Positions 35,241-48,869 of a DNA stretch of 64,000 bases are shown here, one piece after another. Within the stretch, counting starts at the first letter, position 1; each line of letters begins with the position of its first letter. The notes below the pieces were generated by a model. It saw only the letters and a list, made by a program, of their open reading frames with translations. It was not told the origin of the DNA and did not search any database. A program made the position numbers and the translations under genes. Source of the DNA: Prorocentrum cordatum (taxonomy: Eukaryota); NCBI GenBank assembly GCA_963575745.1, contig CAUYUJ010000246.1, forward strand, positions 1 to 64,000, read 5' to 3'.

Positions 35241-36772
35241 ATACCTCTGCACTTAACTCGGGCTGTAGGGTGGTTTCAGGGCTGGGAATCACATCAGTGG
35301 ATTCGCAGACATCAGACGCGCCCGCCTGTCGCATTCAGAGGTCTGAACTCGGTTTGATACTCGAACTGGGTTGCGAAACTGATTGTTTTTTTGATAGCGT
35401 GATCTTGAGAGGTCTGAAATCGCTTGGGCTTAAAAATATTCGTTCTTTGGAGTTTTTTCCCACAGTATATATTGTCAGGAAGCTCTACGAGTCCCCCGGC
35501 GGTAAGAAAGGTTGACGGTTTACCGCCGGCGCCCAGTCTCGACGGACCTTTTGGTGACTTTTGGTCGGTTGAAAATTTGGTTCTCGAAATTTGACAATTC
35601 GTTAGAGCTCTAGTATTTTTTCCCATGATATTCGATCTGATTCCCGCTCGCCATCTTGATCTCAGCTCGATCGGGTAACTTTGAAGGCCAAAAAGCGTCC
35701 CGGCGGGAGCGGCGGTTTCGAGTCATCTTGATACGCGCTGTCGGTATTTTGTACTTAACTCGAGCTGTAGGGCAGCTACAGAGCTGGTAAGCACAGCTAT
35801 CGCGTTCAGAATTATCATGCGCGTTCGCCTGTCGAATCCAGAGGTCTGAACTCGGTCTGCTAGCCGAGCTAGGTCCGCAAACCTATTCGTATTATTCGAG
35901 TCATCTTGACAGACGCTCTCGGTTTTCTGTACTTAACTCGAGCTGTAGGGCAGGTACAGAGCTGGTAAGCACACCTATCGCATTCACAATTATCACGCGC
36001 GTTCGCCTGTGGAATCGAGAGGTCTGAACTCGGTCTGCTAGCCGAGCTAGGTCCGCAAACCTATTCGTATTATTCGAGTCATCTTGATAGACGCTCTCGG
36101 TTTTCTGTACTTAACTCGAGCTCTAGGGAAGCTACAGGGCTCATTGTGACAAACATCGATGGGAAATCATCAGTCGCGTTCGTATATTGAAACAAGAGCT
36201 CTGAACTCGGCCTGCTGCCCGAGCTAGGTTCGCGAAACTATTCGTATTGTTCGAATGATCTTGAGACGTGCTCTCAATTTTCTGCATCCAACTCGTGCTG
36301 GGGGAGGGCTACAGTGCTGCGGGTCACATATATCGATTTTCACACATCAGGCGCGTCTTCCGGTCGATTCTAGAGCTCGGAACTCGGTCTGCTGCTCGAA
36401 CTAGGTTCGCAAAACTATTATATTATTCGAGTCGATACTGTCGGTTTTCTGCACTTAACTCGGGCTGTAGGTGGCTTCAGGGCTGGGAATCACATGGGTG
36501 GATTCGCAGACATCAGACGCGCCCGCCTGTTGCATTCAGAGGTCTGAACTCGGTTTGATACTCGAACTGGGTTGCGAAACTGTTTGTTGTTGATAGCGTT
36601 ATCTTGAGAGCTCTCAAATCGCTTGGGCTTAAAAAAATAGTCGTTCTTTGGAGTTTTTTCCCACGGTATATATTGTCAGGAAGCTCTACGAGTCCCCCGG
36701 CGGTAAGAAAGGTTGACGGTTTACCGCCGGCGCCCAGTTGGCAAGAAAAATCTCGACGGCCTTTTGGTGACT

Positions 36773-37834
36773 TAACTCGTAGAGCTTCCCTTAGCTAGTT
36801 ATAGCTGGAAGCTAAGAGTAATTCCGGCGCGCCCCACAGCTAGTTGGCTCGAAAAATCTCGACGGAACTTTTGACAACTTTTGCTCGGTTGAAAATTATG
36901 TTCTCGAAATTTGACCATTCGTTAGAGCTCTAGTATTTTTTCCCGTGATATTCGATCTTATTCCCGCTCGCCATCTTGATCTCAGCTCGATCGGGTAACT
37001 TTGAAGGCCAAAAAGCACGGTGGCGGGAACGGCCGTTTCGAGTCATCTTGATACGCGCTGTCGGTTTTTCGAACATAACTCGAGCTCTAGGGCAGCTACA
37101 GAGCTGGTAAGCACAGCTAATGCATGCAGAATGATCAGGCGCGTTCGCCTGTTGAACCCAGAGGCCTGAACTCGGTCTGCTAGCCGAGCTAGGTCCGCAA
37201 ACCTATTCGTATTATTCGAGTCAACTTGAACGCGTTGTCGGTATTTTCAACTTAACTCGAGCTGTAGGGCAGCTACAGTGCTGGTGGGCACACCCATCGC
37301 ATGCAGAATCATCTGGCGCGCTCGCCTGTTGAATCCATAGGTCTGAACTCGGTCTGCAAGCCGAGCTAGGTCCGCAAACCTATTCGTATTATTCGAGTCA
37401 ACTTGATACGCGTTGTCGGTATTTTCTACTTAACTCGAGCTGCAGGCCAGCTACAGTGCTGGTGAGCACACCTATCACACTCAGAATAATCAGGCGCGTT
37501 CGCCTGTTGAATCCAGAGCTCTGAACTCGGTCTGCTGCGCGATCCAGACTCACGAAACTGTTCGTATTCTTCCAGTCATCTTGACAGCTACTGTCGCCGT
37601 TCTGCACCTAACTCGGGCTGCAGGGGGGCTGCAGGGCGGTTAATCACATGAATCGATTCGGAGACATGAAACGCGTCTGTCTGTCGCATTCAGAGGTCCG
37701 AACTCGGTCTGATACTTGAGTTGGGCTGAAAAATTATTCGTTCTCTGCAATTTTTTTTGACATTATGTGTTGTCAGGAAGCTCTACGAGTCCCCCGGCGG
37801 TAACAAAGGTTGACGGTTTACCGCCGGCGCCCAG
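36773..37834 (+). mobile_element. Complete type A element inserted at T|T into another type A copy, no TSD
   Basis: Flanks GGTGACT and TTTGGTCGG rejoin to the uninterrupted GGTGACTTTTGGTCGG seen in other copies. Confidence 0.85.
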
Positions 37835-40651
37835 TTTGGTCGGTTGAAAATTTCGTTCTCGAAATTTGACCATTCGTTAGAGCTCTAGTATTTCTTCCCA
37901 TGATATTCGATCTTATTCCCGCTCGCCATCTTGATCTCAGCTCGATCGGGTAACTTTGAAGGCCAAAAAGCAGGGGGGCGGGAACGGCCGTTTCGAGTCA
38001 TCTTGCTACGGGCTGTCGGTATTTTCAACTTAACTCGAGCTGTAGGGCAGCTACAGTGCCTGTAAGCACAGCTATCGCACTCAGAATCATCAGGCGCGTT
38101 CGCCTGTTCAATCCAGAGGTCTGAACTCGGTCTGCTACCCGAGCTAGGTCCGCAAACCTATTCGTATTATTCGAGTCAACTTGATACGCGTTGTCGGTAT
38201 TTCCTACTTAACTCGAGGTGTAGGGCAGCTACAGTGCTGGTAAGCACACCTATCGCACCCAGAATCATCAGGCGCGTTCGCCTGTCGAATCCAGAGGTCT
38301 GAACTCGGTCTGCTAGCCGAGCTAGGTCCGCAAACCTATTCGTATTATTCGAGTCAACTTGATACGTGTTGTCGGTATTTTCTGCTTAACTCGAGGTCTA
38401 GGGCAGCTACAGTGCTGGTAAGCACAGCTATCGCACTCAGAATCATCAGGCGCGTTCGCCTGTTCAATCCAGAGGTCTGAACTCGGTCTGCTATCCGAGC
38501 TAGGTCCGCAAACCTATTCGTATTATTCGAGTCATCTTGACAGACGCTCTCGGTTTTCTGTACTTAACTCGAGCTGTAGGGCAGCTAGAGGGCTCATTGT
38601 CACAGACATCGATGGGGAATCACCATTCGCGTTCGTCTACTGAACCGAGAGCTCTGAACTCGGCCTGCTGCCTGAGCTAGGTTCGCGAAACTATTCGTAT
38701 TGTCCGAATCATCTTGAAGAGTGCTCTCGATTTTCTGCACTCAACTCGTGCTGGGTAGGGCTACAGTGCTGCGGGTCACAGATATCGATTTGCACACATC
38801 AGGCGCGTCTGTCTGTCGATTCCAGAGCTTGAAACTCGGTCTGCTGCTCAAACTAGGTCCGCGAAACTATTTTATTATTCGAGTCGATACTGCTGGTTTT
38901 CTGCACTTAACTCGGGCTGTAGGGGGGCTGCAGGGCTGGGAATCACATGAGTGGATTCGCAGACATCAGACGGGCCCGCCTGTCGCATTCAGAGGTCTGA
39001 ACTCGGTTTGATACTCGAACTGGATTGCGAAACTGTTTGTTCTTTGTTAGAGTCATCTTGAGAGGTGTGAAATCGCTTGGGCTGAAAAACTGGTCGTCCT
39101 TTGGAGTTTTTTTACACACTATTTACTGTCAGGAAGCTCTACGAGTCCCCCGGCGGTAAGAAAGGTTGACGGTTTACCGCCGGCGCCCAGTAGCTGGAAG
39201 CTAAGAGTAATTCCGGCGCGCTGGAGAGCTAGTTGGCAAGAAAAATCTCGACGGACCTTTTGGTGACTTTTGGTCGGTTGAAAATTTTGTTCTCGAAATT
39301 TGACATTCGTTAGAGCTCTAGTATTTTTTCCCATGATATTCGATCTTATTCCCGCTCGCCATCTTGATCTCAGCTCGATCGGGTAACTTTGAAGGCCAAA
39401 AAGCAGGCAGGCGGGAACGGCCGTTTCGAGTCATCTTGATAGGCGCTGTCGGTTTTCTCAAGATAACTCGAGCTTCAGGACACTACAGAGCTGGTCAGCA
39501 CAGCTAATGCGTTCAGAATGATCAGGCGCGTTCGCCTGTTGAATCCAGAGGTCTGAACTCGGTCTGCTAGCCGAGCTAGGGTCGCAAACCTATTCGTATT
39601 ATTCGAGTCATTGTAGCAGACGCTCTCGGTTTTTCGTACTTAACTCGATCTATAGGGCAGCCACAGGGCTCATACTAACAGAAATCGATTGAGACTTATC
39701 AGGCGCGTTCGTCTGTTGCATCAAGAGCTCTGAAATCGGCCTCCTCTCCGAGCTAGGTTCGCGAACCTATTCGTATTGTTCGAGTCATCTTGAGAAGTGC
39801 TCTCGGGTTTCTGTACATAAATCGTGCTGGGGGAGGGCTATAGCTCTGCTGGTCACAGGAATCGATTTCGAGACATTAGGCGCGTCCGTTCGTCGAACCG
39901 ATCGCTCGAAACTCGGTCTGCTGCTCGAACGAAATCTGCGAAACTGTTTTTGTTAGAGTCATCTTTGGAGGTTCATAAGCGAAAACTGGTCGTTCTCTGA
40001 AATTCGTTTCCACATTATATATTGTCAGGAAGCTCTACGAGTCCCCCGGCGGTAAGAAAGGTTGACGGTTTACCGCCGGCGCCCAGTTCCGGCGCGGGGT
40101 GGAGCTAGTTGGCGCACCCGGCCGAGGCGGACAATGTGACAACTTTTGGGTGGTTTTGCGAACTTTTGAAAGATATTTGACAATTCATTTTGAGAAAGCA
40201 GATTTTTCGCACCTGTAAACGAGTATGAGGGCCTCTCTGTCTTAATATGAGCTCTGTAGGCGCACTTTTGCTATCAAAACACTTGGCGCAACCATCTTCG
40301 TACCGACATGAAAAAAATCATGTTTTCTCTTTTTCGAGAAATGCTTCCAGAAGCCCTCTATTTCGATGCTGAGCACTCCTACGCGTGCTAGGAGCTCTAC
40401 GAGGTTCTCGGCGGTGACCAGGTTGACGGTTCACCGCCGGCGCCAGTCCCGGATAGCTCCTTGGAGAGCTGAGGGTTTCAGAGAAGTCCCCGTGCGGCAT
40501 TTCGCGCTTGCCTTTGCTATCCTTGGACGCTTACAAGTACCTCGTAGAGCTCTTCGTTATCGATGAGCTAGAGGAATTCCGGCGCAGGGTGGAGCTAGTT
40601 GGCAGACCCGGCCAGAACGGACAAAGATAACTTTTGGGTGGTTTTGCGATT

Positions 40652-42396
40652 TAACTCGTAGAGCTTCCCTTAGCTAGTTATAGCTGGAAGCTAAGAGTAA
40701 TTCCGGCGCGTCCCAGAGCTAGTTGGCAAGAAAAATCTCGACGGACCTTTTGGTGACTTTTGGTGGTTGAAAATTTTGTTCTCTAGATTTGACAATTCGT
40801 TGGAGCTCTAGTGTTTTTTCCCATGATATTCGATCTTATTCCCGCTCGCCATCTTGATCTCAGCTCGATCGGATAACTTTGAAGGCCAAAAAGCACACGG
40901 GCGGGAACGGCCGTTTCGAGTCGTCTTGATACGCGCTGTCGGTTTTCTCAAGATAACTCGAGCTTCAGGACACCTACAGAGCTGGTCAGCACAGCTAATG
41001 CGTTCAGAATGATCAGGCGCGTTCGCCTGTTGAATCCAGGGGTCTGAACTCGGTCTGCTAGCCGAGCTAGGGTCGCAAACCTATTCGTATTATTCGAGTC
41101 ATTGTAGCAGACGCTCTCGGTTTTTCGTACTTAACTCGATCTATAGGGCAGCCACAGAGCTCATACTAACAGAAATCGATTGAGAATTATCAGGCGCGTT
41201 CGTCTGTTGCATCAAGAGCTCTGAAATCGGCCTTCTCCCCGAGCTAGGTTCGCGAACCCATTCGTATTGTTCGAGTCATCTTGAGAAGTGCTCTCGGTTT
41301 TCTGTACATAAATCGTGCTGGGGGAGGGCTATAGCTCTGCTGGTCACAGGAATCGATTTCGAGACATCAGGCGCGTCCGTTCGTCGAACCGATCGCTCGA
41401 AACTCGGTCTGCTGCTCGAACGAAATCTGCGAAACTGTTGTATTATTCGAGTCATCCTGAGAGGTACTCTCGGTTTTCTGCACTTAACTCATACTGTATG
41501 GGCTGCAGAGCTGGTAATCACAGAAATCGATCCGCAGACATGAGACACGTCCGCCTGTCGCATTCAGAGGTCTGAACTCGGTTTCATACTCGAGCTCGAT
41601 TGGAAAACTGTTTGTTTGTTTTGTTAGAGTCATCTTTGGAGGTTCATAATCGCTTGGGCTGAAAAACTGGTCGTTCTCTGAAATTCGTTCCACATTATAT
41701 ATTGTCAGGAAGCTCTACGAGTCCCCCGGCGGTAAGAAAGGTTGACGGTTTACCGCCGGCGCCCAGTTTTGGGTGGTTTTGTGAATATTTCAAAGATATT
41801 TGACAATTTGTTTTGAGAAAGCAGATTCTTGCGCGTTGCATTGGCATATGAACTCTTCTCTGACAGTAGCTCAGCTTCCGGGGTGCATTTTCTTATGAGT
41901 TGACTTCCGGGAACTGCGCGAATATGAAGATCGAAAAATTTAAATAGAAGGTTTTCCCGAAAGCCGCTTTTCACCCAGTAGCAGATTAAGACTTAGTACC
42001 TCGTAGAGCTCTTCGGCATCGATGAGCTAGAGGAATTCCGGCGCGGGGTGGAGCTAGTTGGCCGACCCGGCCTTAAGAGACAAAGTGGTGACTTTGGGTC
42101 GGTTTTGCTAAGATTTGAAAGATATTTGACAATTCATTTTCAGAAACCAGATTTTTCTCACGTGTAGTGGGTTATGACGCGTCAGCCAGTAAAATTTTCA
42201 GGTCCGGAGCTTGAATATTACTATCGAAAGACTTGCAGGAACCGGTTCTGGATGAAAACCGAAAAATCGTGATTCCACGAATTTTTCGGCTCTCGCTTGA
42301 GAAGTTTCTTTGATGTGTTCCGAGAAGCGCTGCAACAAAATAGCTCTACGAGGTGCCCGGCGGTAAACTGGTTGACGGTTTACCGCCGGCGCCCAG
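40652..42396 (+). mobile_element. Composite element (type A + captured flank + type B), near-identical to 44112-45855
   Basis: Duplicate at offset 3460 (identical ORFs 41315/44775 and 41750/45210). Flanks GCGATT and TTTTGAAAG rejoin to the type B sequence seen at ~43125. Confidence 0.85.
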
Positions 42397-43413
42397 TTTT
42401 GAAAGATATTTGACCATTTATTTTAAGAAAGCAGATTTTTCGCACCTGTAAACGACTATGAGGGCTTCTCTGTCTTAATATAAGCTCCGTAGGCGCTCCT
42501 TTACTATCAAAACACTTGGAGCAACCATCTTCGCGTCGACACGAAAACATCAATTGTTCTCTTTTGTTGAGAAATGCTTCGAGAAGCTCTCCCTTTCGAC
42601 TCTGAGCACTCTTTCGCGTGGAAGGAGCTCTACGAGGTTCCCGGCGGTGACCAGGTTACGGTTCACCGCCGGCGCCAGTTGGCCCACCCGGCCAGAACGG
42701 ACAATGTGGCAACTTTTGGGTAGTTTTGCGAAAATTTGAAAGACATTTGACAATTTATTTTGAAAAAGCAGATTTTTACGCCGAGCATTGGCACATGAAC
42801 TCCTCTCTGACAGCAGCTCAGCTCTCTCGATGCATTTTGGCATGAGTTGACTTCCGGGAACTGAGCGAATATGAACATCGAAAAAATCAAATTTCAAGAT
42901 TTTCGAAAAATCTTCATTTTTGATTCTGTCTCGATTCTCTGCAATCTTACTAGTGAGAGGAGCTCTACGAGGTTCCCGGCGGTGACCAGGTTGACGGTTC
43001 ACCGCCCGCGCCAGTACCTCGTAGAGCTCTTCGGCATCGATGAGCTAGAGGAATTCCGGCGCGGGGTGGAGCTAGTTGGTCGACCCGGCCGAGGCGGACA
43101 AAGTGGTAACTTTTCGGTGGTTTTGCGATTTTTTGAAAGATATTTGACCATTTATTTTCAGAAAGCAGATTTTTCGCACCTGTGAACGGCTTTGAGGGTC
43201 TCTCTGTCTTAGTATGAGCTTTGTAGGCGCACTTTCACTATCAAAACACTTGGAGCAACCATCTTCATGTCGACACGAAAAAATCAATTATTCTCGTTTG
43301 TTAAGAAATGCTTCGAGAAACTCTCCCTTTCGACTCTGAGCACTCTTTCGCGTGGAAGGAGCTCTACGAGGTTCCCGGCGGTGACCAGGTTGACGGTTCA
43401 CCGCCGGCGCCAG

Positions 43414-43770
43414 TACTGTCGAAAAAAATTGCAGAGAACGAATAGTTTTTGAGCCCAACTCGAGTATCAGACCGAGTTTAGACCTCTGAATGCGACAGAC
43501 GGACGCGTCTGATGTCTCCGAATCGATTCCTGTGATTACCTGCCCTGCAGCCTCCCTACAGCCCGAATTAAGTGCAGAACACCGACAGTAGCTCTCAAGA
43601 TGACTGGAAGAATGCGAACAGTTTCATGATTCTGGATCGCGCAACAGACTGAGTTCAGAGCTCTGGATTCAACAGGCGAACGCGCCTGATGATTCTAAGT
43701 GCGATACGTGTGCTTACCAGCACTGTAGCTGCCCTACAGCTCGAGTTAAGTAGAAAATACCGACAACGCG
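43414..43770 (-). mobile_element. Inverted internal fragment of a type A element
   Basis: Reverse complement resembles ~37405-37765. Confidence 0.7.
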
Positions 43771-44111
43771 TGCGTGGCCCCAGGGTGCGCGAAGCGCTTC
43801 GGCAGACCTTCGGAAGAGCTTCGGCAGTTCTTCCATGCTCCCAGGCAGATCCTCCTTGCGCGCTTTGCAGGGCCCCACGCATCGAAAACGGCGCCCCTGC
43901 AAGCGTCTCCTGCGTGGTTTCCAGCGTCCCGCGCATCGTTGCAGGCGACCTGGCAGAGGTCCCCGTGCGGCGTTCCGCGCTTAGCTTCGCTATCCGGGTT
44001 TTGGACGCTTAGAAGTACCTCGTAGAGCTCTTCGTTATCGAGGAGCTAGAGGAATTCCGGCGCGGGGTGGAGCTAGTTGGCCGACCCGGCGAGAAAGGAC
44101 AAAGTGACAAC

Positions 44112-45226
44112 TAACTCGTAGAGCTTCCCTTAGCTAGTTATAGCTGGAAGCTAAGAGTAATTCCGGCGCGTCCCAGAGCTAGTTGGCAAGAAAAATCTCG
44201 ACGGACCTTTTGGTGACTTTTGGTCGGTTGAAAATTTTGTTCTCGAATTTTGACAATTCGTTAGAACTCTAGTATTTTTTCCCATGATATTCGATCTTAT
44301 TCCCGCTCGACATCTTGATCTCAGCTCGATCGGGTAACTTTGAAGGCCAAAAAGCAGGCAGGCGGGAACAGCCGTTTCGAGTCATCTTGATAGGCGCTGT
44401 CGGTTTTCTCAAGATAACTCGAGCTTCAGGACACCTACAGAGCTGGTCAGCACAGCTAATGCGTTCAGAATGATCAGGCGCGTTCGCCTGTTGAATCCAG
44501 AGGTCTGAACTCGGTCTGCTAGCCGAGCTAGGGTCGCAAACCTATTCGTATTATTCGAGTCATTGTAGCAGACGCTCTCGGTTTTTCGTACTTAACTCGA
44601 TCTATAGGCAGCCACAGAGCTCATACTAACAGAAATCGATTGAGAATTATCAGGCGCGTTCGTCTGTTGCATCAAGAGCTCTGAAATCGGCCTTCTCCCC
44701 GAGCTAGGTTCGCGAACCCATTCGTATTGTTCGAGTCATCTTGAGAAGTGCTCTCGGTTTTCTGTACATAAATCGTGCTGGGGGAGGGCTATAGCTCTGC
44801 TGGTCACAGGAATCGATTTCGAGACATCAGGCGCGTCCGTTCGTCGAACCGATCGCTCGAAACTCGGTCTGCTGCTCGAACGAAATCTGCGAAACTGTTG
44901 TATTATTCGAGTCATCCTGAGAGGTACTCTCGGTTTTCTGCACTTAACTCATACTGTATGGGCTGCAGAGCTGGTAATCACAGAAATCGATCCGCAGACA
45001 TGAGACACGTCCGCCTGTCGCATTCAGAGGTCTGAACTCGGTTTCATACTCGAGCTCGATTGGAAAACTGTTTGTTTGTTTTGTTAGAGTCATCTTTGGA
45101 GGTTCATAATCGCTTGGGCTGAAAAACTGGTCGTTCTCTGAAATTCGTTCCACATTATATATTGTCAGGAAGCTCTACGAGTCCCCCGGCGGTAAGAAAG
45201 GTTGACGGTTTACCGCCGGCGCCCAG
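44112..45226 (+). mobile_element. Complete type A element inserted at C|T in a type B-like copy
   Basis: Flanks GTGACAAC and TTTTGGGTGG rejoin to the sequence seen uninterrupted at ~40136-40153. Confidence 0.85.
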
Positions 45227-45991
45227 TTTTGGGTGGTTTTGTGAATATTTCAAAGATATTTGACAATTTGTTTTGAGAAAGCAGATTCTTGCGCGTTGCA
45301 TTGGCATATGAACTCTTCTCTGACAGTAGCTCAGCTTCCGGGGTGCATTTTCTTATGAGTTGACTTCCGGGAACTGCGCGAATATGAAGATCGAAAAATT
45401 TAAATAGAAGGTTTTCCCGAAAGCCGCTTTTCACCCAGTAGCAGATTAAGACTTAGTACCTCGTAGAGCTCTTCGGCATCGATGAGCTAGAGGAATTCCG
45501 GCGCGGGGTGGAGCTAGTTGGCCGACCCGGCCTTAAGAGACAAAGTGGTGACTTTGGGTCGGTTTTGCTAGGATTTGAAAGATATTTGACAATTCATTTT
45601 CAGAAACCAGATTTTTCTCACGTGTAGTGGGTTATGACGCGTCAGCCAGTAAAATTTTCAGGTCCGGAGCTTGAATATTACTATCGAAAGACTTGCAGGA
45701 ACCGGTTCTGGATGAAAACCGAAAAATCGTGATTCCACGAATTTTTCTGCTCTCGCTTGAGAAGTTTCCTTGATGTGTTCCGAGAAGCGCTGCAACAAAA
45801 TAGCTCTACGAGGTGCCCGGCGGTAAACTGGTTGACGGTTTACCGCCGGTTCCCATAACTCGTAGAGCTTGCCTTAGCAAGTAACTCGTAGAGCTTCCCT
45901 TAGCTAGTTATAGCTGGAAGCTAAGAGTAATACCTCGTAGAGCTCTTCGTCATCGATGAGCTAGAGGAATTCGGGCGCGGGGTGGAGCTAG

Positions 45992-47111
45992 TAACTCGTA
46001 GAGCTTCCCTTAGCAAGTTATTGCTGGAAGCTTAAGAGTAATTCCGGGGAGCTGGAGAGCTAGTTGGCAAGAAAAATCTCGACGGACCTTTTGGTGACTT
46101 TTGGTCGGTTGAAAATTTTGTTCTCGAAATTTGACCATTCGTTAGAGCTCTAGTATTTTTTCCCATGATATTCGATCTTATTCCCGCTCGCCATCTTGAT
46201 CTCAGCTCGATCGGGTAACTTTGAAGGCCAAAAAGCAGGCAGGCGGGAACGGCCGTTTCGAGTCATCTTGATACGCGCTGTCGGTTTTCTCAAGATAACT
46301 CGAGCTTCAGAACAACTGCAGAGCTGGTCAGCACAGCTAATGCATTCAGAATGATCAGGCGCGTTCGCCTGTTGAATCTAGAGGTCTGAACTCGGTCTGC
46401 TAGCCGAGCTAGGGTCGCAACTCTATTCGTATTATTCGAGTCATTGTAGCAGACGCTCTCGGTTTTTCGTACTTAACTCGATCTGTAGGGCAGCCACAGA
46501 GCTGATAATCACAGAAATCGATTGAGAATTATCAGGCGCGTCCGTCCGTTAAATCCAGAGCTCTGAACTCGGCCTGCTCCCCGAGCTAGGTTCGCGAACC
46601 TATTGGTATTGTTCGAGTCATCTTGAGAAGTGCTCTCGGTTTTCTGTACTTAAATCGTGCTGGGGGAGGGCTACAGTGCTGCTGGTCACATGAATCGATT
46701 TCGAGACATCAGGCGCGTCCGTTCGTCGAACCGAGAGCTCGGAACTCGGTCTGGCACTCGAACGAGATCCGCGAAACTGTTGTATTATTCGAGTCGTCCT
46801 GAGAGGTACTCTCGGTTTTCTGCACTTAACTCAGGCTGTATGGGGGGCTGCAGAGCTGGTAATTACAGGAATCGATCCGCAGACATCAGACGCGTCCGCC
46901 TGCGCAGTGAGAGGTCTTAACTCGGTTTCATACTCGAGCTCGATTCGAAAACTGTTCGTTTGGTTTGTTAGAGTCATTTTGAGAGGTTTATAATCGCTTG
47001 GGCTGAAAACCTAGTCGTCCTCTGAAATTCTTCTTCACATTATATATTGTCAGGAAGCTCTACGAGTCCCCCGGCGGTAAGAAAGGTTGACGGTTTACCG
47101 CCGGCGCCCAG
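45992..47111 (+). mobile_element. Complete type A element, innermost of a four-level nest
   Basis: Flanks GGAGCTAG and TTGGCCGACCC rejoin to the type B 5' region. Confidence 0.85.
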
Positions 47112-48869
47112 TTGGCCGACCCGGCCAGAAAGGACAATGTGTTAACTTTTAGATAGTTTTGCGATTTTTCGAAATATATTTGACAATTCATTTTGAGAAA
47201 GCAGATTTTTCGCACCTGTAAACGACTATGAGGGCCTCTCTGTCTTAGTATGAGCTCTGTAGGCGCACTTTTACTATCAAAAGTCTTGGCGGAACCGTCT
47301 TCATGTCGACACGAAAAAAATCAATTTTTCTCTTTTTCGAGAAATGCTTCCAGAAGCTCTCTCTTTCGTCTCTGAGCACTCTTACGCGCGAAATGAGCTC
47401 TACGAGGTTCCCGGCGGTGACCAGGTTGACGGTTCACCGCCGGCACCATTCCGGCGCGCTGGAGAGCTAGTTGGCAAGAAAAATCTCGACGGAACTTTTG
47501 GTGACTTTTGCTCGGTTGAAAATTTTGTTCTCGAAATTTGACAATTCGTTAGAGCTCTAGTATTTTTTCCCGTGATATTCGATCTTATTCCCGCTCGCCA
47601 TCTTGATCTCAGCTCGATCGGGTAACTTTGAAGGCCAAACAGCACGGTGGCGGGAACGGCCGTTTCGAGTCATCTTGCTACGGGCTGTCGGTATTTTCAA
47701 CTTAACTCGAGCTGTAGGGCAGCTACAGTGCCTGTAAGCACAGCTATCGCACTCAGAATCATCAGGCGCGTTCGCCTGTTCAATCCAGAGGTCTGAACTC
47801 GGTCTGCTACCCGAGCTAGGTCCGCAAATCTATTCGTATTATTCGAGTCAACTTGATACGCGTTGTCGGTATTTTCTACTTAACTCGAGCTGTAGGGCAG
47901 CTACAGTGCTGGTAAGCACACCTATCGCACTCAGAATCATCAGGCGCGTTCGCCTGTTGAATCCAGAGGTCTGAACTCGGTCTGCTAGCCGAGCTAGGTC
48001 CGCAAACCTATTCGTATTATTCGAGTCAACTTGATACGCGTTGTCGGTATTTTCTGCTTAACTCGAGGTCTAGGGCAGCTACAGTGCTGGTAAGCACACC
48101 TATCGCACTCAGAATCGTCAGGCGCGTTCGCCTGTTAAATCCATAGGTCTAAACTCGGTCTGCTAGCTGGGCTAGGTCCGCAAACCTATTCGTATTATTC
48201 GAGTCATCTTGACAAACGCTCTCGGTTTTCTGTACTTAACTCGAGCTTTAGGGCAGTTACAGAGCCTATAGTCACATAAATCGATTGGGAATCATCGGGC
48301 GCGTTTGTCTGTTGTATCGAGAGCTCTGAACTCGGCCTGCTGCCCGAGCTAGCTTCGCGAAACTATTCGTATTCTCCGAATCATCGTGCAACGTGCTCTC
48401 AATTTTCTGCACTCAACTCGTGCTGGGGGAGGGCTACAGTGCTGCGGGTCATAGAAATCGATTTGCACACATCAGACGCGTTCGTTGGACGATTCGAAAG
48501 CTCAGAACTTGATTTGCTGCTCGAAACAGATTCGCGAAACTATTGTATTATTCGAGTCATTCTGAGAGATGCTCTCGGTTTTCTGCACTTAACTCGGGCT
48601 GTCGGGGGCTGCAGGGCTGGTAATCACATGAGTCGATTCGCAGACATCAGACGCGTCCGCCTGTCGCATTGCGAGGTCTGAACTCGGTCTGATACTCGAA
48701 CTGGATTGCGAAACTGTTTGTTTTTTTGTTAGAGTCATGGAAACTAGTCGTTCTCTGGATTATTTCCCACTCTATATACTGTCAGGAAGCTCTACGAGTC
48801 CCCCGGCGGTAAGAAAGGTTGACGGTTTACCGCCGGCGCCCAGTTATTGCTGGAAGCTTATAAGAGTAA

